From: Octopus sinensis
Lineage: Eukaryota
Reading direction: 5' to 3'
NCBI RefSeq assembly: GCF_006345805.1
Contig: NW_021824438.1
Coordinates: 1-21,660 of the forward strand
Length of the DNA stretch: 21,660 bases
Shown here: in pieces, positions 10,250 to 20,486 of the stretch
Numbering within the stretch: position 1 is the first letter of the stretch
Layout: each line of letters opens with the position of its first letter
The notes under the pieces: generated by a model
What the model was told of the DNA's origin: nothing
What the model saw: only the letters and a program-made list of their open reading frames with translations
Database searches by the model: none
Program-made: the position numbers and the translations under genes

Positions 10250-11305
10250 TAGCAGGCTTTCAAAGTACCATATACTCGCTGCAGTTGTTGAGCATAATGG
10301 TTCACATTCACAGTATGACCATCTGAGACAAGCTCTAAGTGCCACGTTCCTTCGAAATCCCACCAAACACACAACATGGCCTTCAGCTCAAAGTGCCCTT
10401 GTTTGACAACAGGTTCTGAAGCCTGGCCGAAACGAAGTCACTGATTTCTCTTATTCATCCCCAGCTACAATTCGATGCCAAAAGCGAACATTTCGAGGAT
10501 TTGCCAGCAGTGGTTCGCAAATGTTCAAACGTCGTTGAACATTTGGTCAATTGCTTGGTCATTGGTCATTTCATGAGGTGCTGCTTGGCTGTGTCTCTTC
10601 ATAAGGTTGAGTTTATGGAGGTATCAGTTGATGGGTCTTTGCGAAGGACCTAGTTTTTCTGATAACGCATGAGTGCTTCTGCCTGGCTGTTGTTCAACCA
10701 TTTCAAACAAGGCCTTATCTTCCACAACGAAAGGTCTTCCTGACCCTAATTTGTCTTCGAGGCTGCTGCCACCTTCCTTGAAACGTCTGGCGCCTTGCAC
10801 GGTATTAATTTCTCTTGCCGCAGCCTTTACACTTAGTTCCTTGTTTCCCGCTGATGACGTAAAATGGTTTCAGTAGCAATTTTTTCACCACTCATTAATC
10901 AAAGCCGTAAAATAAAGAAGAAACAATTCAGCTACGATTGAACAACAAGCTGTATCAAATTAATGATATATCTATTTCTTTATTGCCCACAGGGGGTTAA
11001 ACATAGAGGGGACAAACAAGGACAGACAAACGGATTAAGTCGATTATATCGACCCCAGTGCGCAACTGCTACTTATTTAATCGACCCCGAAAGGATGAAA
11101 GGCAAAGTCGACCTCGGCGGAAATTGAACTCAGAACGTAACGGCAGACGAAATACTGCAAAGCATCTTGCCCGGCGTGCTAACGATTCTGCCAGCTCGTC
11201 GCCCTATAAAATTAATGATATATCATGGAGGTACAAGTTGCCCCACAATCCCTAAAAAAGTACAAGCCACTTGTGAAAATCCAAAACTAGTTTCGACTCA
11301 CCTAT
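10250..11305 (-). mobile_element. Degenerate mariner transposon, 3'-truncated and interrupted by a SINE
   Basis: Minus-strand peptides RFKEGGSSLEDKLGSGRP, PHEMTNDQ, FWHRIVAGDE* and MLCVWWDFEG...GHTVNVNHYAQQLQRVY. Probable 5' TIR (TA)TAGGTGAGTCGAAACTAGTTTTGG near 11305. Confidence 0.85.
10973..11208 (-). mobile_element. Full-length Nin-domain SINE with 16 bp TSD
   Basis: Head GGCGACGAGCTGGCAGAATCGTTAGC (reverse complement). TSD AAATTAATGATATATC at 10957-10972 and 11209-11224. Confidence 0.9.
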
Positions 11306-11529
11306 ATATCTGAAACAAAATATTTGAAAAAATAAACCTCCATTTTTTTTGGCTGATTACTTGAACGCCATCGGTTAAAACTTACCCGAGACTACAAAAC
11401 GATTGGTTCATTTTGATTTTAATTTTAATTTTGAAAATTATTTTCATCTTTAAAAGTTAACATATTTTAATCATCTCCCACTCTCTTTCGAATGTTGCTC
11501 TCGCGAAAAGATCCAGACAGCAGAAATAA

Positions 11530-11901
11530 GTGGAGTTGCAATGGCCCAGTGGTTAGGGCAGCGGATTCGCGGTCGGAGGATTGCGGTTTCGATTCCCAGA
11601 CCGGGCGTTGTGTGTGTTTATTGAGCGAAAACACCAAAAGCTCCACGAGGCTCCGGCGGGGGTGGGGGTGGAGACCCCTGTTGTACTCTTTCGCCCCCAA
11701 CTTTCTTTCACTCTTTCTTCCTGTTTCTTGTCCTCCCCGACTTCCTACGCAACCGCTGAGCCTGGATGCGCATTCATCCATCCGTCGATGCTCTCGGTGT
11801 CGGGGGTTGACCTGCTTTTTCTTCTGCGGGTCTTATGAATAGCAAAGGACCACGTTTCGGTCTTCTCCCACTACGGACGAAGACCGCTACGCTCAACAAC
11901 A
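11530..11901 (+). mobile_element. tRNA-Arg-derived SINE (OR-like) with tail type C ending in (CAA)n
   Basis: Head is homologous to 6537-6730. TSD ACAGCAGAAATAA at 11517-11529 and 11902-11914. Confidence 0.88.
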
Positions 11902-12241
11902 ACAGCAGAAATAAATTTGCGATATCTTGAATAAATAAATGACAGTGACGTGTGAATTTTTGTTGGGAAGTTGGGTTGGTACAACTGTCAAAACTGTATT
12001 TCGTTTAAGATAAATAACAAGCAGGAGTTTCTTACAGTGTCAATAAAACCATGTATTTAAAGAGGAGCGGCTTGGAGCCGACTGAATAGAGCTGAGTGTG
12101 TCAGTGATATCTATTCTGTTGACCTAAGAAAGATGAAAGGCAAAACTGGGCCCCCAAAAGTAGCTAAAAATTTATGCATTCGGAGATGATGATTGTGGTG
12201 GTGGGGGGTAGTGGTGGTGTTGGTGTTGGTATATCGTTTAC

Positions 12242-12485
12242 GTTTTACTTGTTTCAGTCGCTGGACTGCGGCCATGCTGGGGCACCAACTTGGAAAGTTT
12301 TTTGTCGAATTACCAAAGAACTGAAACCCCTTATTTTTATTTCCGCGTTACTGTATTTCTTAAAGCCTGTTTACTTATTCTATCAGGCACTATTGCCGAA
12401 CTGCTAAGTTACAGAGACGTAAAAGACAAACACCGGTTGCCAGGTTGCCAAGTGGTGGTGAGGGACAGACACAAACACACAAATA
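12242..12485 (-). mobile_element. SINE 3' part (same family as 1295-1500)
   Basis: TTTTACTTGTTTCAGTC..GACTGCGGCCATGCTGG and TTGCCGAAC.GCTAAGT blocks are shared. Confidence 0.75.
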
Positions 12486-12588
12486 CATACATACAAACAA
12501 ACAAACAAACATACATACGTATGTAAGTATATATATATATACATATACATATGTGTGTGTGTGTATACATACATGTAACATATGTACG

Positions 12589-12624
<36 letters not shown>

Positions 12625-13399
12625 ATAAGTTCAGCAAAAATTTAGATTCAAATGAATATGGTGCTTAATTTAGATGCACCAGAATTTTGTATGGTGTTCT
12701 CCATAAAAATCCGTGGGGTGATTATAATCAAAATAAGCAACAAGAATGACTCCGGTAATTTGGTACGATCGTTTCGTACTACATCATTTTATTAAATGTT
12801 GTAAGTATTACAACAGATTTGAGATGCTGAGTACTCATCAGCCAATTATAGAGGTTTTCCATTAATACAAAAATTTTCAAATCAAGTTGCAACATTATAG
12901 AGAAGGTAGATATACAGACAAAGATGTGGATTTAAATTTTAAGAACATATGAGGTAGTGGAGTCCTTCCACTGACTGACTAAGATATGGCTGTTCCTAAC
13001 TGCTGTAAGGTTAGAAGCAATAAAGATTTTTAATTGTAGAAATGGGGTAAAGGAGGTTTCAGAACTCCATAAAAGGAATTCATGTTGAAGACAGCAACTG
13101 CCACTAATAAATGCCAATTACTGCTATTTGATGAGAGAAACTAGGTCAATGTCAAATGGTTCATGTAAATATGTATGGTCCATTGATGGGGGAGTCTCCA
13201 AGTTCGATATTTTAAAATACACATATTCAGGTTTAGAGCCATCGTTGTTGTTGGTGTGATAACGTGGGTTAGCAACCCACCTGGATGGAAGAAAAGATAA
13301 ACTTGATTCATTGGTGGAAAGAACGTGGCTCAATAATTTATATGCAAGAGATGACCACGATATATGGGATAAAAAAAAGAGAATAGGTAAGACGTTCTT

Positions 13400-13912
13400 T
13401 AATGAACAGGCACCACTTTTCGTCGCCAGTAACGATTCGGTAAAGAAATCGTTGCTTGTGTCCATGAGTTGAGCGGTGACGAGCAAGCAAACCAGCGGAG
13501 ATTGTGGCTCGTTGATTTTTATTGTTGTCACTTAAAGCATGCGGAACTCACGCTCTATACTTCTGAACCTTTCCCATCGAGTGAAGATGCTTCTCTATAG
13601 CAGTGTGGGAGCATTCCATTATCTCTGCCAGTTCCCTTGTCGTTTTGACAAGAATTTTCGTGCAAAAGTTGGTTTAATCGCTCTTCATCGAACTCAACAG
13701 GACGGTCAGAACGAGGTGCGTCTTTGAAGTCAAAATTTCCGTTTTCCGTATTTGAACTTGGCATACAAATCATGAGCAGTTCTTTCAGCTATAGCATCCT
13801 CTCCATACACAGCACAAATGTCGCGAGCAGCTTTTGCGGCCTGAGAACCTTGATTAAAAGCAAAAAGGAGGAGGTGTCGAAAATGCTTGTTTTTGTTAAC
13901 TTGACATTCCAT
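13400..13912 (-). pseudogene. Mariner transposase pseudogene, N-terminal half (mellifera-subfamily-like)
   Basis: MECQVNKNKHFRHLLLFAFNQG...ICAVYGEDAI, DAPRSDRPVEFDEE, A*VPHAL (WVPHEL motif with a stop at 13548-13550) and RIVTGDEKW. Contains frameshifts and is truncated after the first catalytic Asp. Confidence 0.92.
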
Positions 13913-13914
13913 TT

Positions 13915-14038
13915 TCGTTGTTCGATAAAAGTTCGTTTTCTGTTTTTGTGTTGTATGTTCTTGTTTCTCATTCTGTTTACTTTTTTTGATATCCTGTACC
14001 CATATATGCATGTATATATACATATATATGTAGGTATG

Positions 14039-14045
<7 letters not shown>
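13915..14045. repeat. Inverted partial copy of the 14075-14220 repeat
   Basis: Reverse complement ATATATGGGTACAGGATATCAAAAAAAAGTAAACAGAATGAGAAAC aligns with ATATATGAGTACAGGGCATCAAAAAAACGTCGAACACAATGAGAAAC. Confidence 0.75.
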
Positions 14046-14072
<27 letters not shown>

Positions 14073-14074
14073 TA

Positions 14075-14488
14075 ATAAATAAAACATATGCATATATATA
14101 TACATATATGTACGTACCTACCTCTACATGTATATATACACGCATATATGAGTACAGGGCATCAAAAAAACGTCGAACACAATGAGAAACGAAAGCATAG
14201 ACACAAACCAAAGGAACTGGACATTTTTCTTAAACAACAAAAAAAAAACAAAATAAATAGAGTACAGGACAAATAACACAAGGAAAAAACCCCTTCTTCA
14301 GTCGCCATGGTTTCATCTACTCAACGTTTCGAAGGTGAAGGCGAGACGTATCTTCGATAGAAACATTCCTTCCTGCGAAAAGCAAATCAAATAAAATTTG
14401 AGATCTTTTTGCAGAGGGGTAAAAATGGTAACAAAAACAGGACAGTAACTACAGTACAAAATATAAGCAGCAAAAGACAGGACAAGGA

Positions 14489-14490
<2 letters not shown>
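14075..14490 (-). mobile_element. Dispersed repeat, possibly a Penelope-like terminal repeat
   Basis: 14075-14338 is a diverged direct repeat of 15085-15343 and carries GAAAC...CTGAAGA on the minus strand. Embedded in (TA)n. Confidence 0.5.
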
Positions 14491-14535
<45 letters not shown>

Positions 14536-15052
14536 TATATATACACATACATACAGACATAAAAATGTTTGTGTGTGTCTGAATCAACAATCCAAACAGA
14601 CATGAAGATAAGCGAACTGAAGGCAGACAAACAGACAACGAGGTTGGTAAACATCGAGGTGCGGAGAGCAAATTATGTAAATTAGATGTTGGCAGCCATT
14701 GGAATCCGTAAAAGAAGGAGAGAGGGAGGACGGAATGAGAGAAGAAGAGGGAGATGGATAGAGAGAACGGGAGGGAGAGAGGAAGAGGGGGAGAGAGAGA
14801 CAGAGTGGGAGAAAGAGTGAGAAAAAGTAGACAGAGAGGGAGCAAGAAAGAATGAAAGAAAATGAGGGAGAATTTTGAGGAAGATGAATCAAATTTTTAC
14901 TCGAGGTATTTGTCCTTAAGATCCGGGTTAATTTCCTGAATGCGGAGATATACTGGGTGTATACATCTGAAGTCCATACACAGTGTGTGTATGTTTGTGT
15001 GTGTGTGTTTGAGTGTGTAGACACGTACGCATGCATAAGCCGAGGGATTACT

Positions 15053-15084
<32 letters not shown>

Positions 15085-15089
<5 letters not shown>

Positions 15090-15339
15090 AAATAAAATAT
15101 ATGCATACATACATACATATATGTACGTACCTACATCTACATGTATATATACATGCATATATAATATATATACGTGAGTACAGGACACCACAAATAGACG
15201 TAGAACTCAACGAGAAACGAAAACGGAAAAATAAGCATGGAAACGGACCTAAACGAAAAAAACAGAGTACAAGACAAACTACACAAGGAAAAATCCCCTT
15301 CATCAGCTGTCCCTAGTTCAATTCCAGCGTGTTTCGAAG

Positions 15340-15343
<4 letters not shown>
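15085..15343 (-). mobile_element. Second copy of the 14075-14338 repeat
   Basis: Shared ATATGTACGTACCTAC, GAGTACAGG, ACACAAGGAAAAA.CCCCTTC.TCAG and GTTTCGAAGGTGA blocks. Confidence 0.55.
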
Positions 15344-15420
<77 letters not shown>

Positions 15421-15427
15421 ATGTATA

Positions 15428-15660
15428 TAGTAATCTCTCGGCTATCGCGGGCATAACGTTCACCCCGCGATAGGTGAAAATCCGCGAAGTAGAAACAGTA
15501 CTGTATTGTATATTTTTATTATTATTTTTTTAATAATTTGTGTATATTTACTTTATTATAAAAGCAAAACAAGACAACGGAGGAATCGACGTAAGCTTAA
15601 ACAATAAACCGCGATAGGTGAACCGCGATAGGTGAACCGCGATATGGCGAGGGATTACTG
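15428..15660. mobile_element. Tigger/pogo-like MITE
   Basis: TIRs TAGTAATCTCTCG / CGAGGGATTACTG with TA on both sides, and subterminal CCGCGATAGGTGAA repeats. Confidence 0.8.
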
Positions 15661-16224
15661 TAAATAGAGATAGAAAGAAAAATAGATAGCTAGATAGACA
15701 CATACATGCACTCACATGCACACGCTCACATACATATATCTATATATATGTTTATATATGAATATATATATACGTATACACACACACTCATGCTTAGAAA
15801 CATATACACACATGCTTAGAAACATATACACACACATGCATACTCTCTCTGACGCATACGTGTGTATGCATACACAAATCTATATAGGATGGTGTGTGTG
15901 TGTTTATATACACATGTAAGGTACATTTATATGTGTGTGTATGTATGTATACGCACACACATCAGATGTATTATATGTAAACACACACACACACACACAC
16001 ACATGTGCGTGCGCTTGTTTATATATGGAGATATATAAACATAGCACCCGGGGTGGTCAGAAACGTGATACAATATATTAGAACAGGTTTCCACATTTAG
16101 TACACAAAAACAAATAAGCGCAACCCACCCAGAGAAGGTGGAAAAAGTACCAGCTAGGCTGAATAAGGGTAGCTCAATGTCTCTGACCATTTTCTACTCC
16201 ATCCCCCAGCAATCTCTTTCCTAA

Positions 16225-16950
16225 TGGAGGCGCGTGGCTTAGTGGTTAGGATGTTGGACTCATGATCGTAAGACTGAGGTTTCGATTCCTGAACCGGGCG
16301 ACGCGTTGTGTTCTTGAACAAAATTCTTTATTGCACATTGTTCCAATCCACTCAACTGGAAAAAAAAATGAATAATCCTGCGATGGTCTGGTTCGTGAAA
16401 TGTTTTCCCACGTTAGTTCCGGACCCAGTAATGAACTCATTTGCTTACAGCCAATCAGAACTCACCTTGACCTTGTTGTCAAGTTAACCAACACATTCTG
16501 CCAAGTAAACTCAAAGACAAAGATCGGTGTTATAAATCGACCGATGGCCAAGTTACGCCTGATTCTAAGAGGAGACAAGCAATAAGATAGATTTGCATTT
16601 ATACCTATTATCAGATTTTGTTAGGGCCCCATATAGTAAAGATGGTAAAGAGGGTGCCCCTTACTGTATTAGAAAGTAACAATACAACTACGCAGAGATA
16701 GCCATGGTTGAAATAAGAACAAGATCAAGAAACCTGGTCATTCCTTACTCAAGTAACCTTATCTTATGACCCATCACTTATTATGCGCTCATAAATTAGT
16801 TTGCTAGTTGAGCTCTGAGTTGTTGTATGCAAATGAGTTTATAACTGGGGTCCGGAACTCTCGTGGAAAAAAATTTCGTGTCCCGTCCAGGCAGGGAATT
16901 TACATGCCATAGAAATCGGGAAACTGGCTCTTATGAGTCGGCAAGATCCG
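16225..16950 (+). mobile_element. tRNA-derived SINE split by a MITE
   Basis: A-box TGGCTTAGTGG and B-box GGTTTCGATTCC. The body breaks at ~16395 and appears to resume at ~16878 (GTCCCGTCCAG). A short copy of the head is at 17351-17390. Confidence 0.7.
16397..16877. mobile_element. Unclassified MITE with ~70 bp imperfect TIRs
   Basis: Left GAAATGTTTTCCCACGTTAGTTCCGGACCCAGTAATGAACTCATTTGC aligns with the right-end reverse complement GAAATTTTTTTCCACGAGAGTTCCGGACCCCAGTTATAAACTCATTTGC. Confidence 0.82.
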
Positions 16951-18011
16951 AACTTATCCAAGGGCATCTTATATTTTTTTCCGAACCCCGAAGTATCAAA
17001 ATCAAAAGTACCGGGTATTTGTGGGGAAGGGGTAAACCGGAAGGAAAGGTGCAGTGACCTGAACGGCTGAGGGTCCCTAAAGGAAGAGTGAGTAAGGAAG
17101 TAGGAGAAGTAAGACCAGCGTGGACCTCTTTGGCCTCGAGCAGCGGGAGTGGACGGATGTGTGAGGACGTGCTATCTAGAAAGGGATTTAGCCCTAAGTT
17201 CGAGCGATAGGTTAGACGGGTAGGGCGCGTCTCGGATTTAACCCAGCTGGACAGTCGAGATAGGTGAGTCGCATTGGGTTCCTCATATTACATTTCCCCA
17301 TGTTAGAGTACTTTTACTGGGAATAGATTGTTGGTGTCTGGGGGTGGGGGTGGAGGCGCGTGGCTTAGTGGTTAGGTTATTCCGCTCATATTTACTCGTT
17401 TTTCTTGACCTAGCTAATGTCGAGCTGCTCTTCATGACCAAAAACCTTCGTAAAACCTGAAATGTTGCTCATGGTGGTATTGCTGTTTATCCTGTTTGTC
17501 TTGGTATTTTTGTCCATTGAAATTAACGTGTTCAACATTATACTCTTCCATGTTTTCCGTTGTATACCTGTGATCTCCGTTGCTTTGTTTACTTTCTCGG
17601 TGTCGTATTTTAGTCTATTTTCCTGTTTGAAATAAATTTGAGTTGTATTTGTTTGCATAAATAAACCTAATGCTACTGCCATTTTGACGGGGCACGACTT
17701 CCTGTTATTTTCTGAAGCGGCCATATTGAAACGTGAATAAATATTGCAAATGGCCGACGGCAGAAATCTGCACAGTAAAACGCAAGTAAAATAATGTTAC
17801 GGCGAGTCATTTTTTCATCCCTGTGTAACGTAGAGGATGTGCAGATATCCGAAATGTTTTGCTTGTTGAAATGAACCGAAAGAGGAAGATGAAGAATCGC
17901 TTTCATTTGGTAATCCGGTTTTAAAATTACTCTTCCCTGAAGCTCTGACATGGACATCCGTTCCTTTGAACATCCAATAACAAGAACAACAAAAACAACA
18001 ACAACAACAAC

Positions 18012-18071
<60 letters not shown>

Positions 18072-18073
<2 letters not shown>

Positions 18074-18588
18074 TGGCTTCTGATCTTAACTGACTGGAAG
18101 TGTTATCATGTACATTGTTTTGTCTTGGTATAAAAGATGGGCTACAGCAAATATTCTGCTCAATACCACAGATTTGCTTGTGAGTAGTTTGACCTTAACC
18201 AGTTGAGCATGTCCCTTAGTGGCTGACAATATGTGCATCTCTGATCACGAGCAGAAGTAGTGGGGGAGCATCATAGCCATGTGTTGAGAAGGATTCTTTG
18301 GGGTTTGAATGATTCACCTCTGGAAACATGGGTGTTTCATTCAACATCCTTAAACAACCCTTAATCAGAAACCTTTTGAGTGGGATGGGTTACCCAACCA
18401 GAAGAAAATTCTAACTGGGCCCCACCCGCAAGGTCATGCGCTGTTTATCTTGTTATGAGATCACCATGTTGCATACACATGGTTGTGCCTAGTGTACCCT
18501 TATCAGACGGGTAGCCATGATGGGTATACTGGGCTTCATATATTTTACCCCAGTGTCACTTTGATGGCATGCACTGCTCTCTCACTCA
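18072..18588 (+). mobile_element. 3' region of a LINE inserted in (TAA)n, probably Dong/R4-like
   Basis: Flanked on both sides by (AAT)n and ends ...CTGCTCTCTCACTC(AAT)n. A second remnant also lies in (TAA)n at 2619. The clade is inferred from target preference only. Confidence 0.6.
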
Positions 18589-18671
18589 ATAATAATAATA
18601 ATAATATAATAATAATAATAATAATAATAATGATAATAATGATAATAATAATAATGACAATGATAGTAATG

Positions 18672-18846
18672 AACCTTTCTACAACAAGCACAAAGTTTGA
18701 AATTTGGGGAGAGGGGACTAGTCGATTACAAAAACCGCCAGTGTTTCATTAGTACTTAATTTATCGACCCCAGAAAGGATGAAAGGCAAAGTCAACCTCG
18801 GCGAAGGTATCGACGAGCGAAATACTTCTAAACATTTCATCCAGCG

Positions 18847-18850
<4 letters not shown>
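18672..18850 (-). mobile_element. Degenerate Nin-domain SINE
   Basis: GTACTTAATTTATCGACCCCAGAAAGGATGAAAGGCAAAGTCAACCTCGGCG core. Confidence 0.78.
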
Positions 18851-18891
<41 letters not shown>

Positions 18892-18908
18892 CACTACTAC
18901 TACTACTA

Positions 18909-18953
<45 letters not shown>

Positions 18954-19182
18954 GATGATTACTCTTGTCTATATCGACGTATGAGTGCTTAAAGGAAAGT
19001 ATTTAAAAAAAGGGGATCAATTTGACAACTCCATTAGATATAACAACTCCATCGTATGATATAAGATTTATAAAAACATGTGACATGCTAATAAATATCT
19101 GTAAATATAAAACCATCCGGATTTCTGAGTACCTCATTTCTTCCGATATATAATACCGGTACATCATCTCCAAACCCTCTAA

Positions 19183-19284
19183 TATATATACACACGCATG
19201 CGTGTATGTATGTATGTATGTATGTATGTATGTATGTATGTATGTATGTATGTATGTATATGTGCATGTATGTATGTATGTATG

Positions 19285-19346
<62 letters not shown>

Positions 19347-19412
19347 GGTGTGTGAGTGTATGTATGTATATATATATTATATATATGTGTGTGTGTGATG
19401 TATGTATGTATG

Positions 19413-19445
<33 letters not shown>

Positions 19446-20300
19446 ATATATATATGTGGGTATGTATATATATATGTGGGTATATATATATATGTGTATG
19501 TGTATAGATATGTATATATATATAGTGTGTGTATGTAGTATATATGTGTGTGTGTATGTATGTATATATATATATGTGTGTGTCTGTATGTATATATATG
19601 TGTATATGTGTATATATGTATATGTATATATATATGTGTGTATGTATGCATATGTATATATATATATGTGTGGTGTATCTTTCTGTTGAAGAGCGTAGGC
19701 TCGAAACGTTAAAGACTTGTTTTATTTATATTTCCTGAGCGCCATACTAATACAATTGTTCGTTTGTTTTCCACCTGCCTTCGTCTTTTGTTTATTTTCA
19801 TAAAGCTTCCCGTTATATATATGTGTGTATGTGTATGTATGTATGTATGTATGTATGTATGTATGTATATATATGTGCATGTATGTATGTATGTATGTAT
19901 ATATATATATGTGTGTGTGTGTGAGTGTATGTATATATATATATATATGTGTGTGTATGTATGTATGTATGTATGTATATATATGTGTATGTATGTATAT
20001 ATATATATATATGTGTGTATGTATATATATATATGTGTGTATGTGTATATATATATGTATATATATATATATATATATGTGTGTGTATGTATGTATATAT
20101 ATATGTGTGTGTGTATGTATGTATATATATATATATGTGTGTGTGTGTCTGTATGTATATATATATGTGTATATGTGTATATATGTATATGTATATATAT
20201 ATATGTGTGATATATATCTGTGTATTTATACACACACACATATATATAACATAAATATATGTGTGGTCTGTGTGTATATATATGTGTGCATATATATATA

Positions 20301-20349
<49 letters not shown>

Positions 20350-20372
20350 TATATATTAATATATATATATAT
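19183..20372. repeat. Compound (TATG)/(TA)/(TG) microsatellite field
   Basis: ~1.2 kb of simple repeats interrupted by 19672-19815. Confidence 0.95.
19672..19815 (+). mobile_element. Penelope-like element terminal fragment with minimal hammerhead-like motif
   Basis: Homologous to 1583-1755 (inverted); motif at 19678-19715. Confidence 0.6.
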
Positions 20373-20395
20373 GTACATTGTAGATTGTCTTTCAG

Positions 20396-20486
20396 CGTTC
20401 TCTATCTCCAAGATAATATGGCCTTCAAAACTAAAGATCAGCTCTCTGCCCATGAAGTGTGTTACCCGGCGTCAGACACAAACCTG
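20396..20486 (+). CDS. Candidate small internal exon of an unknown gene
   Basis: Unique sequence between microsatellites with acceptor TTGTCTTTCAG|, weak donor CTG|GTATTT and open frame [30 protein letters not shown]. No recognised domain. Confidence 0.3.
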
